NCBI GenBank assembly: GCA_018608425.1
Contig: JABAZL010000167.1
Coordinates: forward strand, 18,611-82,610
DNA length: 64,000 nt
Reading direction: 5' to 3'
From: Flavobacteriaceae bacterium
Lineage (GTDB): Bacteria; Bacteroidota; Bacteroidia; Flavobacteriales; Flavobacteriaceae
The notes under the pieces were generated by a model. It made no database searches. It had not been told where the DNA came from and saw only the letters and a program-made list of their open reading frames with translations. Below, in pieces: positions 1-10,809 of this stretch. The position numbers were made by a program, and so were the translations under genes. Each line of letters starts with the position of its first letter. Positions within the stretch are counted from its first letter, which is position 1.

Positions 1-3000
1 ACTTTGGAGGTTTAGAATGCTCAAGGTGTTCGTTGTAAACTTATAGTCATTTGAAAAGCCGTTCGGTCCAGTAACTTGAACAGTATAATCGGCAAATGCA
101 GTTGCTCTAATTTGAATCGCACCATTGTTTCTCGAAACACAGGTTTCATCAATTTTTGAAAGTATAAAATTATTAAAGGTATCTACATCGCATAAATCAC
201 CTCGTCCATCGGCATCGGCATCGGCTTGATCTTGATTTGCTACGAGAGGGCAATTATCCGTAACATTTGGTATTAAATCGGGATCATCATTTTCTAGAAT
301 AGCTCCATTTACACAAAAGTTGATATTAAAGAGTATAATTCTTCCGGTATCTTGTGCCCCAACATCTTCAACTTTCAGTCTCCAAAGACCAAATGAAGAT
401 TGTCCGTTAAACACACTTAAGTCTTCTGTTGGAAGAAATGAACCTGTAAAGGGTGCTGAACCATTTTCTGTCAAGTTCGTTGCTTCTTGATCGAAAATAG
501 TATTCACAAAGTTGGAGCTAGCCCCACCAATGTTGCGTGCTAAAATCACTTCTGTACCATCGGGTGCAAGTAACGAAAGGATCATGTCGGACAAATACGT
601 ATGCTGAATACTCACTTCGATATTAACATCACTTATGACAGAATCATTCGCCATATAAACATCGGCAAACGAAATGCCACTTTGGACAAAACTCGCATCT
701 ATTAAATTTATGGGGAGGTTTACTGCAACAATTGGGCTACAATCGAGTAAATCAGTGATGAAGTTTTGAACTTCGGAATAATTACTTTCTCCACAGCCGT
801 TAGTTCCTTTAACCCTCCAATAGAACGTTGTTTCGCTAGGAAGATTTTCTAAAGGAATGAAGTTAGAGGCTTTAGTTGTTGAAGAAACTACAATTGAATC
901 GAACGTATTGGACAAAGATAATTCAACAATAAACTGATCTACGTTTTCATCTGGAGACCAGCTAAAAAGTGGCTTTATCAATTGGACGCCGTCAGATGCG
1001 TTCGGACTCAATTCAACTGGAGTTTGAACAGTACTTTGTTGATGGGTGTATTGAAAAGTTTGCTGGGCTTCGACCGATCCTGATCTTGAAACTAAAGTCA
1101 TTGAATAAACACCAGGGGTTATGTTGGATGCTTTCGTAAGACTAATGGTTCCTTGTTGCTGATCGGTTGTAGATGAAACCGTATTAATCGAATAAGCAAT
1201 CCCCGTTGGGACATTAGTCAAAGTGAGATCTACATCGCCTTCAAATTCTTGATATCGATTGAGTGTGAAATTAAATGATATGGGTTCGTTGTCGCAGGCT
1301 TTTTTAGAAAGCTCTTGAAAAGGAGTCGCAAAGAGGCGCTCAAGAATACTAAAACGATAGTTGTTTACTGCAAAATAAATTCCGTTATCAGGAACAATTT
1401 TAATTCGAACATTTGAAGAATTGATGTTGGCAGGCACAACTAAGTCAAAGCGACCGTCATTGGGTGTGCTTGATGCCAATAGAGTGTCGAAATTTTGACC
1501 ATTATCTGAAGACAAATAAATCGATACCGTTTCCGTATTGATTGGAGCTTGATCTGTATTTGCAACATCCCATAAGATCACTTCATTTGCTCCAGTTTGC
1601 CAAATTATAGTATTGGTGGCTGGCGAGGTAATCTCGAATGGACCGGCACGTTCAAGCACATTTATTATTCGTGAATCTTGATCCGTTTGGCCCACACTAG
1701 TAGAACTTGTTTCCGATCGGTCACGAACTGTTACTCCCCAAAGTAGCCTTCTACTATTCAAAGAAACTGTTTGCCAGTCGTTTGGAAATTGTGGATTCGT
1801 TTGAACCAATTGATTTGTCAAAACTCTGGACATGGAAGGGACTGTTCGAATTGGAGAATTGGTAGGTGAAAAGGATCGATTGCTAGATCCCGATTGATTA
1901 TAAGGGCCAAAGTTTTCGCGTGTAACTAAGCCACTATTCAGTTGTTCCCAACAATAGGTCAACGAATCATCATCTGGATCAGAAGCTATTGCCTCTAATA
2001 TATAGGCTGTTCCTTTGGGAATATTTACTTCTTGACCAGCGGTAACCTGTGGGGGTTGATTCACAATGGAGCTAGTTGCTTGACAACTGTTTCTAGCCAA
2101 ATAATCTCTAATGTTTTTAATACTGTAATAATGAAAATAAGGGTCGCTGTGATTTTGAATATTATCATCTTCAGTTACACCAGCATAAGCCATAATAGTC
2201 GAACCACTTCCTGGTTCGCTATTCACTCCGGCGCTTTCTGTTTGATGTGAATAGGTATGGTACCCACCAAATTGATGTCCTATTTCGTGTGCTACAAAGT
2301 CAATATCAAAATAATCATTCAAAAAAGCTCCTGTTCCTGAAGTGTCAACAAAAGGGTGAGACGTATAGGCAGAACCTTTAAATCGATCTCGGCATACATT
2401 TCCAACCGTTCCGGCATTGCCATCGGGAGTTCCAAAATCAAATAAATGTCCGATATCGTAATTTGCCTCTCCAATAGAGTCGGTTAGTGTTTCTTGGATT
2501 TCTTCGTTGAAATCATTCCCATAGGGGTCTGTATCGGGGTCATCGTACAACAAGTTTACATCAGAAACCAACTGAAGTTGCACGCCCAAGTCGATTTGAA
2601 AAATCTGATTGATTCGGTTGATTGTACTAATTATCTTAGCATAAGCATCCTCTTTGTTTGTTCCGTTTGTATCGTCATCATCTCCCCAAAACTGGGTAAA
2701 TTCTCCTGTTGCAGAAACTGCAATACGATACGTTTTCAGGGTTTGGTCTGAAGAGAGTTTCGCAGCTTGTTTGCTTTGAATTATACCCTGAACTTTACTG
2801 TTTTCTGTGTTTTTACCTGAAGACACTAAACAATTCAGGGGTTCAAAATCATCGTAAAGCGTTCCATTTCGTTTATAAAAAAGGTGCTTGTTTTTATCTC
2901 CACTCCGATCAGGTTGTAAAAAAAACTGCCCTTCTGGAGAATCAATCATTGCGTTTACTCCCAAAGGAGAAATACTCCAGCGCGCATGAACATTTTTTCG

Positions 3001-3348
3001 TGATAAACTTGTCCCGACAAAGGTTTTAATGTTTGGATGTTCTTTAGATAGTTCAGAAGAGAGTAAGCTTACCTCACGTACACTGAATTTTTCAGACTTA
3101 CCAGACTCGTTTGGAAAAACAATGGTTGTTCGTTTCGTTTTAGAAAAACTAGATGGCGAGTCAATTTTAGAAATAAAAGCGTCCAATTGATCTCGATCTA
3201 AAGATACCGTATGAATATAATTGTTGCTATCAAAACCAATTCCTTTAGAAAAACCTTGCGTATCTTTTTCGAAAGTCCAAAGATCTTGAGCTTTAACCGA
3301 AAATGATATCGTCAGAAAAAATAAAAATAATACGATTTGACTCTTCAC
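1..3348 (-). CDS. Secreted reprolysin-like (M12B metzincin) zinc metalloprotease with FN3-like, proprotein-convertase P-domain, thrombospondin type-3 and SprB-like repeats; runs off the left edge (3' partial)
   Basis: Hand translation of sampled segments, all in one frame from GTG 3348: signal peptide MKSQIVLFLFFLTISFSVKAQ, KTYRIAVSATGE, zinc motif HEIGHQFGGYH (~2289-2257), LTYCWEQ, FYWRVKGTNGCG, P-domain HTYLSDMILSLLAPDG, TSP3 DNCPLVANQDQADADADGRGDLCD. Probably absent from the ORF track because no stop lies in the window. Confidence 0.9.
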   Translation of the reverse strand, partial: MKSQIVLFLFFLTISFSVKAQDLWTFEKDTQGFSKGIGFDSNNYIHTVSLDRDQLDAFISKIDSPSSFSKTKRTTIVFPNESGKSEKFSVREVSLLSSELSKEHPNIKTFVGTSLSRKNVHARWSISPLGVNAMIDSPEGQFFLQPDRSGDKNKHLFYKRNGTLYDDFEPLNCLVSSGKNTENSKVQGIIQSKQAAKLSSDQTLKTYRIAVSATGEFTQFWGDDDDTNGTNKEDAYAKIISTINRINQIFQIDLGVQLQLVSDVNLLYDDPDTDPYGNDFNEEIQETLTDSIGEANYDIGHLFDFGTPDGNAGTVGNVCRDRFKGSAYTSHPFVDTSGTGAFLNDYFDIDFVAHEIGHQFGGYHTYSHQTESAGVNSEPGSGSTIMAYAGVTEDDNIQNHSDPYFHYYSIKNIRDYLARNSCQATSSIVNQPPQVTAGQEVNIPKGTAYILEAIASDPDDDSLTYCWEQLNSGLVTRENFGPYNQSGSSNRSFSPTNSPIRTVPSMSRVLTNQLVQTNPQFPNDWQTVSLNSRRLLWGVTVRDRSETSSTSVGQTDQDSRIINVLERAGPFEITSPATNTIIWQTGANEVILWDVANTDQAPINTETVSIYLSSDNGQNFDTLLASSTPNDGRFDLVVPANINSSNVRIKIVPDNGIYFAVNNYRFSILERLFATPFQELSKKACDNEPISFNFTLNRYQEFEGDVDLTLTNVPTGIAYSINTVSSTTDQQQGTISLTKASNITPGVYSMTLVSRSGSVEAQQTFQYTHQQSTVQTPVELSPNASDGVQLIKPLFSWSPDENVDQFIVELSLSNTFDSIVVSSTTKASNFIPLENLPSETTFYWRVKGTNGCGESNYSEVQNFITDLLDCSPIVAVNLPINLIDASFVQSGISFADVYMANDSVISDVNIEVSIQHTYLSDMILSLLAPDGTEVILARNIGGASSNFVNTIFDQEATNLTENGSAPFTGSFLPTEDLSVFNGQSSFGLWRLKVEDVGAQDTGRIILFNINFCVNGAILENDDPDLIPNVTDNCPLVANQDQADADADGRGDLCDVDTFNNFILSKIDETCVSRNNGAIQIRATAFADYTVQVTGPNGFSNDYKFTTNTLSILNLQS

Positions 3349-3373
3349 AAGGAAATTAAATTTAGTACTCCTT

Positions 3374-3381
3374 CAAACATA
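3374..3381 (-). promoter_or_regulatory. Bacteroidota housekeeping -7 box (TATGTTTG) for the protease gene
   Basis: Matches TAnnTTTG, 25 nt upstream of the GTG start. Confidence 0.6.
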
Positions 3382-3416
3382 CAATAATTATACCCTTTAT
3401 TTAAGTCTAAAAATCA

Positions 3417-3424
3417 TAGTTTTG
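3417..3424 (+). promoter_or_regulatory. -7 box (TAGTTTTG) for ribF
   Basis: Matches TAnnTTTG, ~30 nt upstream of start; back-to-back with the divergent protease promoter. Confidence 0.6.
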
Positions 3425-3453
3425 TAGCGCATACCAAAATACAACTGTTTTTA

Positions 3454-4395
3454 GTGAAAATCATATCTGACATTGAGAATTATAAAGAAGACACACCCAG
3501 TCTTTTAACCATTGGAACCTTCGATGGTGTCCATATTGGACATCAAAAAATCATCCGCAATTTAGTTTCTCAAGCCAAAGAAAAAAGACACCTCGCAGTA
3601 GTCCTTACTTTTTTTCCACATCCACGAATGGTTCTTCAGAAAGACAGTTCTATTCGACTAATCGATACCCTCGAAGAAAAACAGAAAATACTTGCCTCCT
3701 TAGGAATAGATATCCTTGTTATTCATCCTTTTTCAAAAGAATTCTCGAGATTAACTCCTTTAGAGTTTACACGAGATTTACTGGTCAACACTTTTAAAAT
3801 CTCCAAAGTAATCATTGGATACGATCATCGTTTTGGCAGGAATCGAGAAGCTTCGATTCAAGACTTGTACCAATTCAGTACCGTGTACGACTTTGAAGTA
3901 GAAGAGATTCCTGCGCAGGAAATTTCATCTGTAAACATTAGCTCTACAAAAATAAGAACAGCCTTGGTCGAAGGGGATTTAGAAATGGTAAACACCTACT
4001 TGGATAGACCCTATTTGCTAACGGGAACCGTATCCAAAGGAGCTGGCTTAGGTCGCACAATTGACTTTCCTACTGCCAATATTGAAATAAAAGAAGCCTA
4101 TAAGCTTTGCCCACCGAACGGTGTTTATCGCGTTCAATCCGTAATTGATGGGAAACTTGTTTTTGGAATGATGAATATTGGAATTCGACCAACCGTAGGG
4201 GGAGATACCAAGACAATTGAGGTTCATTTTTTTGAATTCGATAAGGATATTTACCAACAAACTTTGGCCATAGAAATACGAAGTAAACTAAGAGAAGAGC
4301 AAAAATTTGATTCTTTAGAAGGACTTCAAAAACAACTTCAAAAAGATAAAAAAATATGCATCGGGTTATTTGATTCTGAAAAATCAGAAGACTAA
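3454..4395 (+). CDS. ribF: Bifunctional riboflavin kinase/FAD synthetase
   Basis: TIGTFDGVHIGHQ, GYDHRFG, ISSTKIR, GRTIDFPTAN, GIRPT motifs. Confidence 0.97.
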   Translation: MKIISDIENYKEDTPSLLTIGTFDGVHIGHQKIIRNLVSQAKEKRHLAVVLTFFPHPRMVLQKDSSIRLIDTLEEKQKILASLGIDILVIHPFSKEFSRLTPLEFTRDLLVNTFKISKVIIGYDHRFGRNREASIQDLYQFSTVYDFEVEEIPAQEISSVNISSTKIRTALVEGDLEMVNTYLDRPYLLTGTVSKGAGLGRTIDFPTANIEIKEAYKLCPPNGVYRVQSVIDGKLVFGMMNIGIRPTVGGDTKTIEVHFFEFDKDIYQQTLAIEIRSKLREEQKFDSLEGLQKQLQKDKKICIGLFDSEKSED

Positions 4396-4406
4396 CCTTA
4401 AAACAA

Positions 4407-4414
4407 TACATTTG
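4407..4414 (+). promoter_or_regulatory. -7 box (TACATTTG) for serS
   Basis: TAnnTTTG consensus ~20 nt upstream of start. Confidence 0.55.
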
Positions 4415-4435
4415 TAATACGATATCATTGGACTT

Positions 4436-5707
4436 ATGCTACAATTAAAATACCTCAGAGAACATAAAGAAGCCGTTCTAAAAGCGCTTGAAAAAAGAAA
4501 TTTCAAGGGCGCTGAACTTATAAACCAATTACTCGAATTGGATGAAGTTCGAAGAAAAACGCAAACAGAATTGGACCAGCAACTTGCAGAAGCCAATAGT
4601 CTTGCAAAAGAAATTGGGCTACTATTCAAGAACGGAGAAGCTCAGAAAGCGCAAGGTTTGAAAGAACGTTCGGCTTCACTCAAGTCAAGCTCCAAAGGCC
4701 TACAAGAGTTGTTGCAAGAAACCGAAATTCAATTACGAGCACTTCGTCTTCAAATTCCCAATACGCCTAAAGACATTGTCCCTGCTGGAGCAACCGAAGA
4801 AGATAATATTGAAACAGAACGTGGTGGCACTATCCCTGATCTTTCTCCAGATGCGCTACCGCATTGGGAGTTAGCTAAAAAATACAACCTCATCGACTTC
4901 GAACTTGGAAGTAAGATAACTGGCGCAGGCTTTCCTGTATATACTGGTAAAGGTGCTCGCTTACAACGTGCGTTGATTAATTATTTTTTAGATAAAAACA
5001 CCGCTGCAGGATATCAAGAAACTCAAGTACCGCATTTAGTTAACGAACTTTCGGGTTACGGAACGGGACAATTACCCGACAAAGAAGGTCAAATGTATCA
5101 TGTAACCGGTGACGATTTGTACCTGATCCCTACCGCAGAGGTTCCGCTTACCAATATTTTTAGAGATGAACTTTTAGATGAAAAACAACTTCCTATTTGT
5201 CTAACGGGATATACTCCTTGCTTCAGGAGAGAAGCAGGAAGCTATGGTTCTCATGTTCGCGGATTAAACCGTTTACACCAGTTTGACAAAGTTGAAATTA
5301 TCCGCTTAGAAAAACCTGAACGCTCAGAAGCTGCTCTGAAGGAAATGGTAGACCACATTCGTGCTATTCTTATTGAACTTGAAATACCTTACCGCATTTT
5401 ACGTCTTTGTGCAGGCGATCTCGGTTTTACCGCTGCTTTAACTTATGATTTTGAGTTGTTTTCAACCGCGCAAGATCGCTGGCTAGAAATCAGCTCAGTT
5501 TCTACTTTCGAAGGGTTTCAATCGGAACGTTTACACCTAAGATACAAAGCTAAAGACGGAAGCAAACATTTGGTGCACACACTCAATGGAAGCTCATTGG
5601 CTCTTCCAAGGGTACTTGCCGGAATATTAGAAAATTGCCAGACACCAGAAGGGATTAAAATCCCAAAAGCTCTTGTTCCCTATACTGGCTTTGATTTGAT
5701 CTCCTAA
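4436..5707 (+). CDS. serS: Serine--tRNA ligase
   Basis: N-terminal coiled-coil arm, LIPTAEVP, FRREAGSYG, GLNRLHQFDKVE, HTLNGS. Confidence 0.98.
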   Translation: MLQLKYLREHKEAVLKALEKRNFKGAELINQLLELDEVRRKTQTELDQQLAEANSLAKEIGLLFKNGEAQKAQGLKERSASLKSSSKGLQELLQETEIQLRALRLQIPNTPKDIVPAGATEEDNIETERGGTIPDLSPDALPHWELAKKYNLIDFELGSKITGAGFPVYTGKGARLQRALINYFLDKNTAAGYQETQVPHLVNELSGYGTGQLPDKEGQMYHVTGDDLYLIPTAEVPLTNIFRDELLDEKQLPICLTGYTPCFRREAGSYGSHVRGLNRLHQFDKVEIIRLEKPERSEAALKEMVDHIRAILIELEIPYRILRLCAGDLGFTAALTYDFELFSTAQDRWLEISSVSTFEGFQSERLHLRYKAKDGSKHLVHTLNGSSLALPRVLAGILENCQTPEGIKIPKALVPYTGFDLIS

Positions 5708-5716
5708 AAACATTAT

Positions 5717-6028
5717 ATGTTTATATACAACGTAACCACACATGTAGAACCAAACATCGAAAGTCGATGGCTGGAGTGGATGAATGAGGAACATATTCCG
5801 CAAATGATACAAACTGGGAAATTCAAGAAAGCAATAATCTTTAAGGTAATTACAGAGAATGACTCGGGAGGTGTTAGCTATGCTACACAATATCACTGTT
5901 CTGATCGAACAGCATTTGAACGTTATCAAAAAGAGGATGCCGATCGACTCAAAAAACACGCGCTTGACAAATTTGGTGAACGCATTCTATCGTTTAGAAC
6001 GGAACTAGAACAAATAATTGTCCTTTAA
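5717..6028 (+). CDS. DUF4286 family protein
   Basis: MFIYNVT...[11 protein letters not shown]...YATQY pattern and position upstream of rsmA as usual in Bacteroidota. Confidence 0.85.
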   Translation: MFIYNVTTHVEPNIESRWLEWMNEEHIPQMIQTGKFKKAIIFKVITENDSGGVSYATQYHCSDRTAFERYQKEDADRLKKHALDKFGERILSFRTELEQIIVL

Positions 6029-6813
6029 TGAAAGCTGTACGGGCCAAAAAAAAACTAGGTCAACATTTTTTAAATGACCTCAGCATTGCGGAAAAAATCA
6101 CCAAAACGCTTCGCTTTGACACTTACGCCAAAGTGCTTGAAATAGGTCCTGGAATGGGCGTACTAACACAATACCTTCCGTTTGAAAAAGGCAATATACG
6201 CCTCATTGAGATTGATCGAGATTCAATAGCCTACCTTAAAAACAAGTATCCACTACAACACCAAAACATCATAGAAGGGGATTTTTTGAAGTATGACTTA
6301 AACGCGCTTTTTGGTGAGGAATCCTTCGCAATTATTGGAAATTTCCCTTATAATATCTCAACACAAATTGTTTTTAAAACAATCGAAAACAGAGAACAGA
6401 TTCCGTTTTTTTCGGGCATGTTTCAAAAGGAAGTTGCAGAACGTATCTGTGAACTCCCAGGGACGAAAAAGTATGGAATATTGTCTGTTTTAGCACAACT
6501 GTTCTATACCGCTACTTATGAATTTACGGTGCCTCCAAACGTATTCAGTCCACCACCAAAAGTAGATTCTGGTGTACTCACCCTCAAGCGAAAAGAAAAC
6601 TATAGCTTGTCATGTAATGAAAAACTTCTTTTTAAAATTGTAAAAATGAGTTTTCAACAAAGGAGAAAAACCATTCGTAACAGTTTAAAAACACTACAAC
6701 TACCCTTAAATATTACAGAAGATAGTATCTTTGACTTGCGTCCAGAAAAACTTTCGGGAGACGATTTTATAGCATTGACACAAAAAATCGAAGATGGCCA
6801 AATTTCTTCTTGA
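6028..6813 (+). CDS. rsmA: 16S rRNA m6,2A1518/1519 dimethyltransferase
   Basis: [40 protein letters not shown]. Confidence 0.97.
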   Translation: MKAVRAKKKLGQHFLNDLSIAEKITKTLRFDTYAKVLEIGPGMGVLTQYLPFEKGNIRLIEIDRDSIAYLKNKYPLQHQNIIEGDFLKYDLNALFGEESFAIIGNFPYNISTQIVFKTIENREQIPFFSGMFQKEVAERICELPGTKKYGILSVLAQLFYTATYEFTVPPNVFSPPPKVDSGVLTLKRKENYSLSCNEKLLFKIVKMSFQQRRKTIRNSLKTLQLPLNITEDSIFDLRPEKLSGDDFIALTQKIEDGQISS

Positions 6814-8152
6814 TAAAGACACCTTAACACACATCCAATCCCTTGTTGAAAAACGATCGGATAAACAATTGGTGCGCAAACTAGCAGATGTTCATTATGC
6901 AGATATTGCAGAAATTGCAGAAAGTCTCTCGGTCGATGATGCCATTTATCTTGTTAAACTTTTAGACAGTGAAAAAACAGCTGATGCCCTAGCAGAAGTT
7001 GATGAGGATTTCCGAGAAAAAATCTTAACGCAACTTTCCGCCAAGGAAATTGCAGAAGAGATTGAAGAACTCGATACCGATGATGCGGCTGACCTTATTG
7101 CTGAACTCCCAGAAGAAAGACAGGAAAAGGTAATGTCCGAGATCTCTGACAGCGAGCATTTGAAAGACATTCGTGAACTGCTAACCTATGAAGAGAATAC
7201 AGCCGGAGCACTAATGGCCAAAGAATTGGTTAAGGTTCAAGAGGATTTGAGTATACTCAAATGCGTAAATGAAATGCGTGCACAGGCAGAATACGTTACT
7301 CGTGTTCATTCGATATATGTGGTAAACGACAAAAACAAACTCATCGGAAGGCTCTCCTTAAAAGACCTTTTGACTGCCAACTCCAAAGCAAAAGTTAAAG
7401 ATATTTATATCCCAAAAGTTGATTTTGTAGAGGTCGATGAAGATGTGGAAGAAGTAGCTAAAATCATGTCTAAATACGATTTAGAAGCCATTCCAGTTGT
7501 AAACAACAAAAACGAATTATTGGGCAGAATTACGATTGACGATATTGTTGATGTAATTAAAGAAGAAGCTGATAAAGATTATCAATTGGCTGCTGGTATT
7601 TCGAACGATGTTGAAGCTGATGACACTATTTTTGAATTATCGAAAGCCCGCTTACCTTGGCTATTTTTAGGCTTACTTGGGGGTTTGGGAAGTGTATTTA
7701 TCCTTAGAGATTTTGAAGCCATCATGACACAGCCGCGCGTAAGAAGTTTATTCTTTTACACTCCACTAATAGCTGCAATGGCAGGAAATGTTGGCGTTCA
7801 GTCTTCAGCTATTATTGTACAAGGTCTTGCCAATGACGTTGTAAAAGGTTCGCTGATAAGTAGGCTCATCAAAGAGGTAGGTCTCAGCCTTATCAATGGA
7901 TTTTTCTTAGCAGTTGTACTGGTGATTTTCGGCTGGATAATGGGCCAAGAATTGATTCTGAGCTTAACCGTAGCTGGCTCCATGATGGGCGTTATTATTG
8001 TTGCTGCTTTGATCGGTACTTTTGTACCAATCATTCTTAATAAAAGAGGGATTGATCCTGCAATTGCAACCGGACCATTCATTACTACCGCTAACGATAT
8101 TTTCGGAATCTATCTCTTCTTTTATATTGCTCAAACTTTTTTAGAATTTTAA
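6794..8152 (+). CDS. mgtE: Magnesium transporter MgtE
   Basis: Acidic N-domain, CBS pair, [28 protein letters not shown]. Confidence 0.96.
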   Translation: MAKFLLDKDTLTHIQSLVEKRSDKQLVRKLADVHYADIAEIAESLSVDDAIYLVKLLDSEKTADALAEVDEDFREKILTQLSAKEIAEEIEELDTDDAADLIAELPEERQEKVMSEISDSEHLKDIRELLTYEENTAGALMAKELVKVQEDLSILKCVNEMRAQAEYVTRVHSIYVVNDKNKLIGRLSLKDLLTANSKAKVKDIYIPKVDFVEVDEDVEEVAKIMSKYDLEAIPVVNNKNELLGRITIDDIVDVIKEEADKDYQLAAGISNDVEADDTIFELSKARLPWLFLGLLGGLGSVFILRDFEAIMTQPRVRSLFFYTPLIAAMAGNVGVQSSAIIVQGLANDVVKGSLISRLIKEVGLSLINGFFLAVVLVIFGWIMGQELILSLTVAGSMMGVIIVAALIGTFVPIILNKRGIDPAIATGPFITTANDIFGIYLFFYIAQTFLEF

Positions 8153-8162
8153 GCTTGAACGT

Positions 8163-9125
8163 ATGCACGTGCTTCATGTAGATGAAAATCACCCGCTTTT
8201 ATTAGAACATTTAGCTCAGGCTGGATTTAAAAACACCCTAGCATACAAGCAATCAAAAGAAGAAATCCTTAATCGCATAGATCAATTCGAAGGCTTAATC
8301 ATTCGAAGTCGCTTTCCGATCGATGCAGCTTTTTTAGATCAGGCCACTAGTTTAAAATTTATAGGACGAGTTGGTGCTGGAGTTGAAAATATAGATATAA
8401 CGAAAGCACAAGAAAAAGGAATTCAACTTTTTGCAGCTCCGCAAGGTAATAGCAATGCCGTTGGAGAACACGCGCTGGGTATGCTGCTTTCTTTATTCAA
8501 TAAATTACATCGTGGTGATCAAAGTATTCGTGACGGAAATTGGTTACGCGAGCATCATCGTGGACTTGAACTCGAAGGAAAAATAGTAGGCATTATTGGC
8601 TATGGAACTATGGGGAAAAGTTTTGCTAAAAAACTTCAAGGATTTGATGTGCAGGAGGTCATTTATCATGACCTCCTGCACATGGAAGAGGATGGAATTG
8701 CAACTCAAGTTTCTCTAGAAGAATTACAAGCAACTGCAGATGTATTGAGTTTACATACCCCACAAACTTCATTGACAGTTGGAATGATCAATACTAAATT
8801 CATCAATCAAATGAAAAATAATTTTTGGCTACTCAACACCGCTCGTGGAAGTGCTGTAGTCACAGATGCTTTGGTCGACGGATTAAAAAACAATAAAATC
8901 CTCGGAGCCGGATTGGACGTTCTCGAATATGAAAGTAGTTCCTTTGAAAATATATTTAAGGCCCAACAAGACAACCCCAGTTTCTCCTATTTATTAAGCT
9001 CAGAAAACGTTTTACTTAGCCCACACGTAGCGGGTTGGACCGTGGAGAGTCATCGAAAATTAGCACAAATCATTTCAGAAAAAATATGTTCTACTTTTGG
9101 AACATCCATAAAAAACAAATCATGA
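8163..9125 (+). CDS. D-2-hydroxyacid dehydrogenase (SerA-like, no ACT domain)
   Basis: IIRSR, RVGAGVENID, GIIGYGTMG, NTARG, GLDVLEYE, SPHVAGW. Confidence 0.9.
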   Translation: MHVLHVDENHPLLLEHLAQAGFKNTLAYKQSKEEILNRIDQFEGLIIRSRFPIDAAFLDQATSLKFIGRVGAGVENIDITKAQEKGIQLFAAPQGNSNAVGEHALGMLLSLFNKLHRGDQSIRDGNWLREHHRGLELEGKIVGIIGYGTMGKSFAKKLQGFDVQEVIYHDLLHMEEDGIATQVSLEELQATADVLSLHTPQTSLTVGMINTKFINQMKNNFWLLNTARGSAVVTDALVDGLKNNKILGAGLDVLEYESSSFENIFKAQQDNPSFSYLLSSENVLLSPHVAGWTVESHRKLAQIISEKICSTFGTSIKNKS

Positions 9126-9541
9126 AAAAACTTTTAATTATTTGTACCGGAAATTCATGCAGAAGTCAAATAGCTCACGGATTTATGCAACATTTTGGAA
9201 AAGAAAAATTGGAGGTGTATAGTGCCGGAATAGAAACCCATGGAGTAAATCCAAGAGCGATTAAAACCATGAGAAAAGTTGGGATCGATCTTTCAAAGAA
9301 CACTTCTAATTTAGTTTCGGAGTACGATACGATTACATTTGATTATATCCTAACTGTATGTGATCATGCGGCTGAGAATTGCCCCGTTTTCACAGGAGAT
9401 GCATTGCTTAAGTTACATCACAATTTTACTGATCCATCTAAATTGAACGGAACTGAGGCGGAGATTGAAGCTGCTTTTGAAGCTACACGATTAGAAATAA
9501 AAAACTACTGTAAAGCTTTTGTCGATAAATATTTGGGCTAG
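9122..9541 (+). CDS. arsC: Thioredoxin-dependent (LMWP-type) arsenate reductase; start moved to ATG 9122
   Basis: P-loop CTGNSCRS, TVCDHAAENCP, DP motif; ATGA overlap with the upstream stop. Confidence 0.88.
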   Translation: MKKLLIICTGNSCRSQIAHGFMQHFGKEKLEVYSAGIETHGVNPRAIKTMRKVGIDLSKNTSNLVSEYDTITFDYILTVCDHAAENCPVFTGDALLKLHHNFTDPSKLNGTEAEIEAAFEATRLEIKNYCKAFVDKYLG

Positions 9542-9543
9542 TA

Positions 9544-10800
9544 TTATTGCTCTACCACGTACTGAATGGTTTCTTGCGCACGTTGTTCTAGCAGTATTTT
9601 GTCCTTTTTAGCTTCTATTGTGGTCAAGGCTTCAGTGTCAAAATGACGAACGGTATACAGATCTACATTTTCAAAAACAGTTACTTTAAACTTGGAACGA
9701 AGAATCTGAAGCAATTCCTCTAATCTGTCGTACTTATTATTGACGCAAACTGAAAAGCTAATTGCAGAATTTTGAATCAGATCTACGCGCATTTGGTATT
9801 GATAAAGTAAAGCAAAAACTTCACTGATATTATCTTCTACCATAAAGGAAAAATCTAAAGAAGACAGTCGGATCAATACTTGTTTGGGTTTTAAAATATA
9901 GCACGGAATATGGGGTTCAAGCGTTTTTCCTTTTGATACAGATGTTCCAGCTCCTTCAGGATTTAAGAACGAGCGTACATACAAAGGAATTTCTTTTCGC
10001 TGCAAGGGTTGTAGTGTTTTTGGGTGAATTACCGAAGCTCCATAAAACGCCAATTCAATCGCTTCGGTATAAGAGATTTGATTCAACAGTTTTGTGTTTT
10101 CAAATACACGTGGATCACCATTTAAAACTCCCGGAACATCCTTCCAAATAGTAACCGATTCCGCATTGAGTGCGTATGCAAAAATTGCAGCTGTATAATC
10201 CGATCCTTCACGACCTAAAGTGGTTGTGAAATTATTATCATCACTCCCTATAAAACCTTGAGAAATTACAAGCTTGTTTTTGGAAACCTGCGCATTGATT
10301 GTTTTTTGGGTCAACTCCCAATCCAAATTAGCGTCCCGATAATATGCATCTGTTTTTACACACTTTCGAGCATCTAGCCATTCACATGGAATATCTACTT
10401 GATTCAAATAGGCATTGATGATTGAAGTAGAAAGTAGCTCTCCAAAACCAACTACCTGATCGTAAACAAAACTATAGTTCGTTGATTTGTTGTGCTTGAA
10501 AAAACTTTTTAATTCTGATACAAGTTCCCCTACTCTCGTATTCATCGGCTCCGAAAGTGGACCAAAAAGTGCTTCAACTATTTGTAAATGAAATTGCTTC
10601 AATTCTAAAATAGCATTGGACAATTCTTCTGGTTGGTTAAAATAATGGTCTACAACAAGCTCTAAGGCATTGGTTGTTTTACCCATTGCGGACACAATAA
10701 TAAGGGTGTCTTTATGCCCTACTTTCTTAAGAACTTCGACTACATTTCTAACACCTTCAGCATCTTTAACGGATGCACCTCCAAATTTAAATACTCTCAT
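9544..10800 (-). CDS. lysC: Aspartate kinase
   Basis: VFKFGGASV, VSAMGKTTN, TTLGREGSDYTA, WKDVPGV, GASVIHPKT. Confidence 0.95.
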   Translation of the reverse strand: MRVFKFGGASVKDAEGVRNVVEVLKKVGHKDTLIIVSAMGKTTNALELVVDHYFNQPEELSNAILELKQFHLQIVEALFGPLSEPMNTRVGELVSELKSFFKHNKSTNYSFVYDQVVGFGELLSTSIINAYLNQVDIPCEWLDARKCVKTDAYYRDANLDWELTQKTINAQVSKNKLVISQGFIGSDDNNFTTTLGREGSDYTAAIFAYALNAESVTIWKDVPGVLNGDPRVFENTKLLNQISYTEAIELAFYGASVIHPKTLQPLQRKEIPLYVRSFLNPEGAGTSVSKGKTLEPHIPCYILKPKQVLIRLSSLDFSFMVEDNISEVFALLYQYQMRVDLIQNSAISFSVCVNNKYDRLEELLQILRSKFKVTVFENVDLYTVRHFDTEALTTIEAKKDKILLEQRAQETIQYVVEQ

Positions 10801-10809
10801 ATAATAATC

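Noticed and set aside
206-226. CATCGG tandem hexamer repeat
   Set aside because: Encodes the ADADADG calcium-binding loop of the TSP3 repeat.
2032-3029. Three short plus-strand ORFs (72, 85, 106 aa)
   Set aside because: Antisense shadows of the minus-strand metalloprotease, whose frame carries clear motifs.
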